Source of the DNA: a virus
Taxonomy: Duplodnaviria; Caudoviricetes
Virus record (IMG/VR): IMGVR_UViG_3300020441_000003
Span: 1 to 64,000 of that record
Length of the DNA: 64,000 bases
Direction: 5' to 3' (one strand)
Made by a program: the position numbers and the translations under genes. Positions 35,604 through 43,657 of this stretch are shown piece after piece (position 1 is the first letter of the stretch; every line of letters starts with the position of its first letter). The notes beneath the pieces are model-generated. The model had not been told where the DNA came from and did no database searches. It worked only from the letters and a program-made list of their open reading frames with translations.

Positions 35604-37436
35604 CTATTTCGGTAAACCGCCCCCTGGATTCATATTTTCCATGTTATGCACTAACATACCATTAGCAAAGAAATTATGATTTTCATTTACTCCCGATAAG
35701 TTATATACTTGCATGTCTGTGTTTTCGTTTATAGAAATTATTTCTAATCCTACATCGTCTGTTCTGTCAAACATAATCGCATCTGTCATTGAGAATAAAC
35801 TATCACCAACTTTAAGTTCATGAGAGTTTACGCCCTCCATCCAATCATGTTGTCTCTGACATTTTTCAACATCAAATGCTCCCCATTCTCCGTTAGTCAT
35901 CATTAGTGGATGACTATCTGTGACTTGTAATATTCTTCCGTCTGATAACTCTACATCATATATAGAGTCTATTCTTGGTACCATCACATGATATATTGAT
36001 TTTGGTTCTATTATCTTTGTGCTTTCGTTCCAAGTCATTATGTATTGTCCATTCACACAATGCTCGATAGGCGCATGACTGCCATCTCCTAACCAAATCA
36101 TTGTGCCAGGTGCGAAACAACCGCCACCAAATGGTATCTGAATCGGATTTCTATGTTGATATGTAAACGGCGATTGAGATGTAAATGGTTGTTGTCCGTT
36201 TACAGGATTTCTATATGTAAATGGTGTTCTTCCTATAACTGGTTGTTGTCCATTTACAGGGTTTCTGTATGTAAATGGATTTCTTGCACTATTCGGTTGT
36301 CTTGCATTACTTGGTGATTGTGCTGACCTAATATTTGGTTCTTGTGCGTTTACAGGATTTCTATATCCTCTCGGCGTTCTTGCATTTCTGATATTAGGTT
36401 GTTGACCAGATACAGGTGATCTATAAGTGAAAGGCGATCTATGCTGATATGTAAACGGTGACCTATGGCCATAAGTAAGAGGCGATCTAAAGTTATAAGT
36501 AGACGGACTTCTATGTTGATATGTAAACGGCGCTTGATAACTTCTAGGGTCTTGATATATAGAAGGCGATCTATGTTGATATTCAAACGGACTTCTATGT
36601 TGATAAGTTGTAGGCGATCTATGTTGATAAGTTGCAGGTGACCTATGTTGATATGTAAACGGCGCTTGATAACTTCTAGGGTCTTGGTATATAGAAGGCG
36701 ATCTATGTTGATATGTAAACGGTGACCTGTGTTGATAATTAGACGGACTTCTATGTTGATAAGTTGTAGGCGATCTATGTTGATATGTAAATGGCGCTTG
36801 ATAACTTCTAGGGTCTTGATATATTGACGGACTTCTGTGTTGATATATTACAGGCGTTCTTAAATTATATGTAGACGGACTTCTATGCTGATATGTAAAC
36901 GGACTTCTGTGTTGATATGTAAAAGGCGTTTGATAACTTCTAGGGTCTTGGTATATTGAAGGCGATCTATGTTGATAAATTATCGGTGTTCTTAAATTAT
37001 ATGTAGATGGACTTCTGTGTTGATAAGTTGCAGGCGACCTGTGATTATATGTGAAAGGTACCTGATAACTTCTCGGGTCTTGATATATTGACGGACTTCT
37101 GTGTTGATATGTAAAAGGCGTCTGATTACTTCTTATATTAGGTTCTTGTTGTGACCTTATATTGGGTTCTTGTTGGTCTCTAATTACAGGTTCTTGTGCA
37201 TTCGCAATATAAGGATATGGTTGTTGGCCATTTCTAATAAAAGGATTTTGAGCGTTCGCAATATAAGGATAAGGCTGTTGAACGCTCTCCTGTCCTGATG
37301 CATTGTTCCAACCAGAAGGCGTTTTGATATAGATTTGATCTACATCTTTCCATGTGCCTGAAGCTGTTTTTACCCAAGCACCTCGGGTTGCTGACCAACC
37401 TGAAGGAGTTTTTACCTTTTGTGAACCTGTTGCCAT
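35604..37436 (-). CDS. Pro-punctuated repeat fibre protein A with C-terminal Hint domain
   Basis: N-terminal VKTxSGxW hairpins, 48 x-x-P units, Hint motifs. Confidence 0.88.
   Translation of the reverse strand: MATGSQKVKTPSGWSATRGAWVKTASGTWKDVDQIYIKTPSGWNNASGQESVQQPYPYIANAQNPFIRNGQQPYPYIANAQEPVIRDQQEPNIRSQQEPNIRSNQTPFTYQHRSPSIYQDPRSYQVPFTYNHRSPATYQHRSPSTYNLRTPIIYQHRSPSIYQDPRSYQTPFTYQHRSPFTYQHRSPSTYNLRTPVIYQHRSPSIYQDPRSYQAPFTYQHRSPTTYQHRSPSNYQHRSPFTYQHRSPSIYQDPRSYQAPFTYQHRSPATYQHRSPTTYQHRSPFEYQHRSPSIYQDPRSYQAPFTYQHRSPSTYNFRSPLTYGHRSPFTYQHRSPFTYRSPVSGQQPNIRNARTPRGYRNPVNAQEPNIRSAQSPSNARQPNSARNPFTYRNPVNGQQPVIGRTPFTYRNPVNGQQPFTSQSPFTYQHRNPIQIPFGGGCFAPGTMIWLGDGSHAPIEHCVNGQYIMTWNESTKIIEPKSIYHVMVPRIDSIYDVELSDGRILQVTDSHPLMMTNGEWGAFDVEKCQRQHDWMEGVNSHELKVGDSLFSMTDAIMFDRTDDVGLEIISINENTDMQVYNLSGVNENHNFFANGMLVHNMENMNPGGGLPK
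35643..36119 (-). other. Hint (intein-like) domain, 159 aa, no endonuclease
   Basis: Starts CFAPGT, block B TDSHP, ends VYNL...HNFFANGMLVHN; +1 residue is Met. Confidence 0.9.
36144..37280 (-). repeat. Coding tandem repeats with a 132-nt super-period
   Basis: Five RSPSIYQDPRSYQ blocks 44 aa apart. Confidence 0.9.
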
Positions 37437-37454
37437 GTTATATCCTAATTACTC

Positions 37455-39929
37455 TTATGAGTATAGTATCCATAAATCTCCAACTGCACCATCTGAACTA
37501 CCAGGCGCTGAAGTTGATTGATATATGTTTCTCGCTACACCACCACTATTATTTGCGTATGATGTTGTAATTTGTGAGGCTCTAAAGTTTGCCTCTGAAA
37601 ATGTTAAGTTACCAGTTGATGCACCAGTAAATGAACCAGTTCCTACTGTCACTCTATCTGCACTTTCATCCCAACCAATAAATACATTGTCTGAACTTCC
37701 TCTTTCAAAAACAAGACCCATATCGTTGCCTGGTGTGCCTGTTGTTCCAGTTCCTAATTCTATTAATCTATCTTCGATAGTTGTGTTTGTTGATGATGCA
37801 GTTGTTGTTGCACCATTAACAGTTAAATTACCTGTGACTGTTAAATCGTTTGTGACTGCTAAATCATTTCCTATTGTCACATCATCTGGTAATGAAATTG
37901 TGACACCTGCTGTTTCTGAACCAGAACCTGATACTGTAATTTCATTTGAGGTACCTGCTACAGTTGCAACATAGTTTCCTGTTGTATCTGTGCCTAGTGC
38001 AACTGAGTTAGCGGCGATAGTAGTTGATATTGATACATTGCCTTTTGCAGTCTGAGTTGCGGTACCTGTGACATCACCTGTCAATGCAAAGTCTGAGTTT
38101 GCAACTACGAAATCTAAATTACCATCTGTATCATCGTATGATACTGAGATACCTGTTTCGGTACCATCTAACATACCACCAACAAAGTCTTCTACATTTT
38201 CTTGTGTAAGTTGAGTATTGTTTGTTGATATTGAACCACCAAGTGATACTGCTGTGCCATCGATTGTTATTGAACTATTTGATAGTAATGAGTTACCAAT
38301 AGAACCTGCAAGTTTGCCAGCGGCTATCGAACCTGCCAACATGGCATTTGTGACACCACCTGCTTTAACTTGTAATTGATCTGAACTTGTTTCTATTGAA
38401 CTATCATCTACACCAACTGCAAGAGATACGGAACTTCCAAGTGATACTGAACCACCACCTGATAAACCGTCACCTGCTGTGACTGTGACTGCACTATTAG
38501 CGAGTTTGCCATTTGCGATTGAACCTGCTAACATAGCGTTTGTGACACCTGATGCCTTGATTCTTAATGCATCACTGTTTGTTTCTATAGAACTGTCATC
38601 TACGCCTACTGCAAGAACACCACTTGTTGCAGATAAACCATCACCTGCAATTGCAGTCACTACATCTGCGACTGCCTCTTTCTTAGAACTGTTATCGCCT
38701 GCATCTATAATAGCAATACTATCATTTGCAACATCTACGGCGGCCGCTGTTAGTTCGTTTAAATCTAATGCAAGTGATACTGCACCTGATGTGCCACCAC
38801 CTGAGAGTCCGTTTCCTGCTGTGACTCCTGTAATATCGGCACTATTTGAGTTTGTTATTGTTAATGAATTAGCGGCGTCATCATATGATAATGATATACC
38901 AGTTCCTGCTGTTAGTAGTGCATTTACTCTGTCATCTACTCTTTCGTTTGTGTGATATAAATTAGATGAACCCTCTCCAACACTATCTGTATTGAGAGTT
39001 AAAGAACCACCTAATGAAACTGAACTACTGTTTAATGTTATTGCAGAGTTGGCTAATTCTGCGTTTGCAACACCACCGTCTTTGATTGTGACTGCGCCAC
39101 TTGATACTGCAAAATTATCTGAACTAAATGATGCAACACCTTTGTTAGATGTAGTTGCATCTTCGGCTGAATATGTGACTGTGCCTGAACTTTCTGCAAC
39201 ATCGATTCCTTCTCCAGCACTGAATGTTATTGTTCCACCTAATGATGTTGCAGTCGAATTACTGCCATCGGTAACTGTGATTGATGAGTTTGCAAGTTTA
39301 GAGTTCGCAATCGAACCACCTAACATTGCATTTGTGACACCTGATGCTTTTACTTGAAGTGTATCAGAAGAAATCTCTATTGAACTATCATCTACTTGAA
39401 CATTAAGTGTGACATCTCCTGATGTGCCACCACCTGTCAAACCACTTCCTGCAACGACAGATGATATATCTCCTGTTTCTGATATACTTAATACACCACT
39501 AGATGCATTTAATCCTGAACCTGCCATGGCAGATACTAAATCTGCAATCGTTTCTTTTTTACTTGCGTTTGAATCGTTAGCATCTATTAATACGACACTA
39601 TCGTTTGCGACATCAACTGTAGCCGCTGTTAATTCGTTCAGATCAAGAGCAAGTGATAATGCACCTGATGTGCCACCACCTGATAATCCATTTCCTGCTG
39701 TGACACCTGTAATGTCACCTACTTGTCCGTTAATTGTTAGGGTTCCAGCGGCGTCATCATATGATAACGATATACCTGTTCCCGCTGTTAAGAGAGTATT
39801 TACTTGGTCATCAATAACTTCTAGAGCTGCTGTGGAAAAAGCAGCTGCTGTCAAGTCACCTGAACTGTCGATGACTTCCGTAGAACCAATACTAAGTCCG
39901 TTTTTGATTCTAAAATTTTGAGCTGCCAT
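37455..39929 (-). CDS. Long tail fibre-like structural protein with internal repeats
   Basis: Gly/Ser/Thr/Ala-rich; repeated ITGVTAGNGLSGGGTSG and VDDSSIE...GVTNAMLAGSIAN; ends GAVGDLWILYS. Confidence 0.8.
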   Translation of the reverse strand: MAAQNFRIKNGLSIGSTEVIDSSGDLTAAAFSTAALEVIDDQVNTLLTAGTGISLSYDDAAGTLTINGQVGDITGVTAGNGLSGGGTSGALSLALDLNELTAATVDVANDSVVLIDANDSNASKKETIADLVSAMAGSGLNASSGVLSISETGDISSVVAGSGLTGGGTSGDVTLNVQVDDSSIEISSDTLQVKASGVTNAMLGGSIANSKLANSSITVTDGSNSTATSLGGTITFSAGEGIDVAESSGTVTYSAEDATTSNKGVASFSSDNFAVSSGAVTIKDGGVANAELANSAITLNSSSVSLGGSLTLNTDSVGEGSSNLYHTNERVDDRVNALLTAGTGISLSYDDAANSLTITNSNSADITGVTAGNGLSGGGTSGAVSLALDLNELTAAAVDVANDSIAIIDAGDNSSKKEAVADVVTAIAGDGLSATSGVLAVGVDDSSIETNSDALRIKASGVTNAMLAGSIANGKLANSAVTVTAGDGLSGGGSVSLGSSVSLAVGVDDSSIETSSDQLQVKAGGVTNAMLAGSIAAGKLAGSIGNSLLSNSSITIDGTAVSLGGSISTNNTQLTQENVEDFVGGMLDGTETGISVSYDDTDGNLDFVVANSDFALTGDVTGTATQTAKGNVSISTTIAANSVALGTDTTGNYVATVAGTSNEITVSGSGSETAGVTISLPDDVTIGNDLAVTNDLTVTGNLTVNGATTTASSTNTTIEDRLIELGTGTTGTPGNDMGLVFERGSSDNVFIGWDESADRVTVGTGSFTGASTGNLTFSEANFRASQITTSYANNSGGVARNIYQSTSAPGSSDGAVGDLWILYS

Positions 39930-40135
39930 TAAAAGGTTCCTCCATCTATAGTCGAGCTGTCTAATCTAGTATCAAATCTAGAATTTGTAAAATAGAGATT
40001 TGATGAGCCTTCTGAGAGATTATCTGTATCTAAATTAGACACTGCGTTAGAAACCACTTTACCATTATTATCAATGACATCTGTTGTTCCGACAGAAACT
40101 CCATACTCTACTCTAAATTTTTTAGTGTCAGCCAT
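39929..40135 (-). CDS. Small fibre connector protein
   Basis: N-terminus paralogous to that of 37455-39929; EGSSNLYFT; ends IDGGTF. Confidence 0.7.
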   Translation of the reverse strand: MADTKKFRVEYGVSVGTTDVIDNNGKVVSNAVSNLDTDNLSEGSSNLYFTNSRFDTRLDSSTIDGGTF

Positions 40136-40169
40136 ATTGTCCTTATATAAGTTTGTGTTATAACACCTT

Positions 40170-40177
40170 TATTTATG
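40170..40177 (-). promoter_or_regulatory. T4-type late promoter
   Basis: CATAAATA upstream of an AAGGA RBS. Confidence 0.65.
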
Positions 40178-40194
40178 AATGTTTTATGTTTAAA

Positions 40195-40227
40195 AAAAGA
40201 AAAAGGGGGAGAACTCCCCCTTTTTTT
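40195..40227. terminator. Rho-independent terminator, T tracts on both strands
   Basis: AAAAGGGGGA-GAAC-TCCCCCTTTT. Confidence 0.88.
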
Positions 40228-40636
40228 AAGCGTCTATTAAAGTTCTATCGAATTTGATTACTGTTGAATCTGAACTCGCTGGAGTGCATCGTAATCTAAC
40301 ATCTGAACCACTAATGTCTGCATCAAATGTAGCTAATGTTGCATCTAGTAATGTGCCGTATTGTGTAATATCAACACTGGTACCATCATGCACCATCATA
40401 ATTTCAGTCGAATGGAAATTAGTTCCTTTAGACATTGCAACGATATATCTAGCTGCTCTAAAATCTGCTTTCGCAAAAGTATCTAAATTGAATTGAGTTG
40501 TAGCAGTTTTAGTCACTGCATCTCGTTTCTTATCTTTAGTACCCACTGATTTTGTAGTAGATATGATATCATTCGTTGAATCATATTCAATATGACGGAT
40601 AAGTTCAGCCAATTTAAAAGATTTAGTTATTGCCAT
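40226..40636 (-). CDS. Virion structural protein
   Basis: Paralogous to the C-terminal domain of 40647-41474 (Y-I/V...E...V-H/N-DG...QYG...ADI.G...RL..TPA). Confidence 0.7.
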   Translation of the reverse strand: MAITKSFKLAELIRHIEYDSTNDIISTTKSVGTKDKKRDAVTKTATTQFNLDTFAKADFRAARYIVAMSKGTNFHSTEIMMVHDGTSVDITQYGTLLDATLATFDADISGSDVRLRCTPASSDSTVIKFDRTLIDA

Positions 40637-40646
40637 TTCTTACCCC

Positions 40647-41474
40647 CTATGTATGTCTAATTTGAAATGTATCAATTGTTGTATTCGTATTTGCAGGTGT
40701 GACAAGTAATCTCATATTACCTGAATTTATATCTGCACTTAAAGAAAATAACGATGAGTTTGAAAAAACATCACCGTATTGAACAAAGAATGCATTTGAA
40801 CCGTCATTAACTAACAATACTTCAGCGGCGTGTGTGCCAGCTGAGGCATGTGTAGCACTAATGACATATTTTACTGTTTTATTTGCTACTGCATTTGACG
40901 ACAATACTTGGTTTGCTGTTGTTGCTGAAAATGATGTTGCTGTGTAAGCGCCTTGAACTAAATCTGTAGCGTTTACGGCAACTACTTCTAAAACATCACC
41001 ATTAATTGCGTTCTGAGCCAAAGTGATAGTTGATGTATTTGTGGCAGTATAATCTGTTCCACCATCAACAAGTTTGACACCATTTAAGTATACTTGTTCT
41101 GTCCCTATATTGTATGCTAATGAATTACTATCATCATCATTACCTGTAAAAACAGTTGTATTACTTGATACAGTGTATTTAAAAACTGTTGTTGCACCAC
41201 CTGATGTGGCACTTCCAAAAGTTAAACTTCCAGAACCATCTGTTTTTAAAACTTGACCATCTGAGCCATCACTTGTTGGAAAAGAGTAAGCGCCATTAAT
41301 AGTTAAAGTAGTAGGAATAGTTCCGACTTCAACAATAGCTGCTGAGCCGTCATTTTTCTCAGTATATAAACGACCATGATAGGTGTTTACTGCGAGTTCC
41401 CCTAAACTTAAATCAGAAGTTGTAGGGACATCGTTCTGAGTAGAACTCCTTTTTAACTGTATGACTGTTGCCAT
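40647..41474 (-). CDS. Fibre/structural protein with Mtd_N-like N-terminus
   Basis: MATVIQLKRS...P...L..GELAVN; central VYLNGVKL...DYTA module. Confidence 0.75.
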   Translation of the reverse strand: MATVIQLKRSSTQNDVPTTSDLSLGELAVNTYHGRLYTEKNDGSAAIVEVGTIPTTLTINGAYSFPTSDGSDGQVLKTDGSGSLTFGSATSGGATTVFKYTVSSNTTVFTGNDDDSNSLAYNIGTEQVYLNGVKLVDGGTDYTATNTSTITLAQNAINGDVLEVVAVNATDLVQGAYTATSFSATTANQVLSSNAVANKTVKYVISATHASAGTHAAEVLLVNDGSNAFFVQYGDVFSNSSLFSLSADINSGNMRLLVTPANTNTTIDTFQIRHT

Positions 41475-41501
41475 CTTTCCCTCCTATTGGTTAAGCGTTA
41501 A

Positions 41502-42959
41502 TTAAAATGTTCCGCCGTCAATAGCAGTGATTGATACTGCACCAGATGATACTGTAAAGTTTGCAGATGCGAATGAAGCAATACCTTTATTAGTAGTAGT
41601 TGCATCTTCACCAGCGATAGTTATGCTACCAGCGCCGTTAGTCACATCGATACCCTCACCAGCAGAGATTGTTCCTAATTGCATGTCACCATTTGAAGAA
41701 TGACCCATTAGAATCTGACCATTTGTTGGTGCAGAACCATCAATACTTGTGATTGAACCTGAGAGTGCAAGACCTGATGCTTCTAATCCACCAAATACTG
41801 CGCCAAGGGCGGTACCTGAGAATGTTGAAGAAGAATCTGTCGCACTTCCCAATGCTATGAATTTACCTGTTGAATCATCGAAACCGAAGAAACCAACTTT
41901 TGCACCTGATGAGTTATACTTAAATTTAATACCTCTGTCTAGGTTGTCATCTGAACTGTCATCGCCAATTTCAAAAACAGGGTCAGCGATTGACACTGTA
42001 GTTGAATTAACAGTAGTAGTTGTTCCACTTACTGTCAAGTTACCAGCGATTGTGACATTATCAGGTAACCCGATTGTGACGGTGTTTCCTGAACCTGCTG
42101 TTGTTATCTCGTTTGCTGTTCCAGCGAATGTTAATGTTTCACTGTCTAGATCAATTGCTAATGCGCCACCTGAATCTGCTTGAAAGTCCAAGTCTTGTGC
42201 TGTAATTAAAGACTGAATTTTGTCTTGAACGGCCGCTGATGTCATGATAGATACATCATCGTCACTAAAAGATTCACCTGATGTTTGAACCATTGCACCT
42301 GCCAATGAACCAAATACAACTGCACTAGCAGCTAATTGGTCTGCGCCTACGGCGTCATCGGCTATCATTGCTTGTTCTACAGCATCGTTAGCGATTGTTA
42401 ATGCTCCGTTTGCAGCTAAAGTTGCATCTCCTGATACTGAAACATTATCAAATGAATTTGAACCATCATGAACAAGTATTTGTCCTGATGATGCAGATGA
42501 TATGTCTGTATCTGATGCGCCTGCAATCGAACTTGTAGTAGATACGAATGATAATACTCCTGAACCGTTAGTACCTAAAACCTGACCGTTTGAACCATCT
42601 GAACTAGGTAATGTTAATGTTATATTACTACCTATTGTGTCTGGTGCTTTAAGACCTACGAAGTTTGTTCCGTTATCGGAATCTTCCATAATTTTTAAAG
42701 TACCGCCAGATGATGACCCATTACCAACTAAGAAGTCGGCAGGTGTAGCACTTGAACCATCTATGATATCGGTGTAATATTTACCACCAACTTCATGAAT
42801 AACTGCTGAACCACCTGAGTCTACAGATTCTATGTATAACTTAGCAGAAGCACCACTATTCGATCTATCTTGCACATACGCTAATTCGCCCTCAGCAAGA
42901 TCACTTACTGCTGGCGCACTCGCTCCTGTGCTTCTTTTGATTTGAATTACTGTTGCCAT
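41502..42959 (-). CDS. Tail fibre-like protein with Mtd_N-like N-terminus
   Basis: MATVIQIKRS...GELAY; G/S/A-rich; ends IDGGTF. Confidence 0.8.
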   Translation of the reverse strand: MATVIQIKRSTGASAPAVSDLAEGELAYVQDRSNSGASAKLYIESVDSGGSAVIHEVGGKYYTDIIDGSSATPADFLVGNGSSSGGTLKIMEDSDNGTNFVGLKAPDTIGSNITLTLPSSDGSNGQVLGTNGSGVLSFVSTTSSIAGASDTDISSASSGQILVHDGSNSFDNVSVSGDATLAANGALTIANDAVEQAMIADDAVGADQLAASAVVFGSLAGAMVQTSGESFSDDDVSIMTSAAVQDKIQSLITAQDLDFQADSGGALAIDLDSETLTFAGTANEITTAGSGNTVTIGLPDNVTIAGNLTVSGTTTTVNSTTVSIADPVFEIGDDSSDDNLDRGIKFKYNSSGAKVGFFGFDDSTGKFIALGSATDSSSTFSGTALGAVFGGLEASGLALSGSITSIDGSAPTNGQILMGHSSNGDMQLGTISAGEGIDVTNGAGSITIAGEDATTTNKGIASFASANFTVSSGAVSITAIDGGTF

Positions 42960-43000
42960 TTCTTTCTCCTAAGAAAATAGTTTTTTTAAAATTTTAAAAT

Positions 43001-43070
43001 TTCTCTTCACTATCGAGAACATTATATACCAATCCACTCACTATGTGGGTCGTGTCTCAATGAATGACAC
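43001..43070 (-). promoter_or_regulatory. Candidate structured 5' leader (three hairpins)
   Basis: Stems at 43052-43070, 43034-43048 and 43001-43019; two loops contain ATAGTGA. Confidence 0.5.
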
Positions 43071-43087
43071 CTTGATTGTTGTTTAAT

Positions 43088-43095
43088 TATTTATA
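43088..43095 (-). promoter_or_regulatory. T4-type late promoter
   Basis: TATAAATA about 130 nt upstream of the 42959 start. Confidence 0.7.
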
Positions 43096-43098
43096 CGA

Positions 43099-43308
43099 CT
43101 AGAATGTTCCACCATCAATAACAGTGGTTGTTTTCCACTTGTCTGATGCTTGGTCGTATTGAAGAAGGCCTTTATTTGTTTCGGCTGCCTCTACATCTGA
43201 AAGTTCTTGAATTGATTTTGTTGCGAGATTTACAGAAGATGCACCAATAGAAACTTGTTTCGCTCTAACATTTGGGTTTGCGACTATTCTTGCCTTTACT
43301 GTTGCCAT
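43099..43308 (-). CDS. Small fibre connector protein
   Basis: 69 aa; LSDV...GLLQYD...KW; ends IDGGTF. Confidence 0.7.
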   Translation of the reverse strand: MATVKARIVANPNVRAKQVSIGASSVNLATKSIQELSDVEAAETNKGLLQYDQASDKWKTTTVIDGGTF

Positions 43309-43640
43309 TATCGGGTTACTCCTGGTGTGACTATTGCTTGTCCTTCGACAACTCTTGTTTTATCTCCTGCACCGCTTGTAATATTTAGATCATAAACATA
43401 CCTGCCAGCATCTAGAGCTGCTGTGACTGAATCTGTCAACTGCATAACTACTTGACCATTTGCACCATTATGAGATGTTGAAAATGTTGCAGATGCGTTT
43501 GTAGAACCGTAAGTCTTTCTCATTTGAGCGGCTATCGTATAACCTGTTAAATCTAATGCATTACCTAATGCATTTTGAACATCAACAGTCAATGAGAAAT
43601 CACTTCCTTGGTCTATGAATATATTACTTATGATTGCCAT
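43308..43640 (-). CDS. Baseplate/fibre adaptor (BppU-like Ig fold)
   Basis: IDQGSDF...DLTGYT..AQMRK...GRYVYD...RVVEG...VTPGVT. Confidence 0.75.
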   Translation of the reverse strand: MAIISNIFIDQGSDFSLTVDVQNALGNALDLTGYTIAAQMRKTYGSTNASATFSTSHNGANGQVVMQLTDSVTAALDAGRYVYDLNITSGAGDKTRVVEGQAIVTPGVTR

Positions 43641-43645
43641 ATAAC

Positions 43646-43653
43646 TATTTATA
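43646..43653 (-). promoter_or_regulatory. T4-type late promoter
   Basis: TATAAATA-N5-ATG. Confidence 0.75.
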
Positions 43654-43657
43654 TATT

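Noticed and set aside
35643-36119. Canonical mobile intein
   Set aside because: No homing endonuclease, the +1 residue is Met, and the C-extein is only 12 aa.
34452-37280. CRISPR-like periodic DNA repeats
   Set aside because: The repeats are degenerate at third codon positions, keep an open frame, lack unique spacers, and no cas genes are present.
34392-37436. DNA inverted repeat as the cause of the A/B mirror symmetry
   Set aside because: The reverse complement of B units (e.g. CAAGAACCTAATATTAGA) does not match A units (e.g. TATCAACATAGAAGTCCG); the symmetry exists only in the protein pattern.
40647-42959. Diversity-generating retroelement suggested by Mtd_N-like N-termini
   Set aside because: No reverse transcriptase and no template/variable repeat pair differing at adenines seen in the window.
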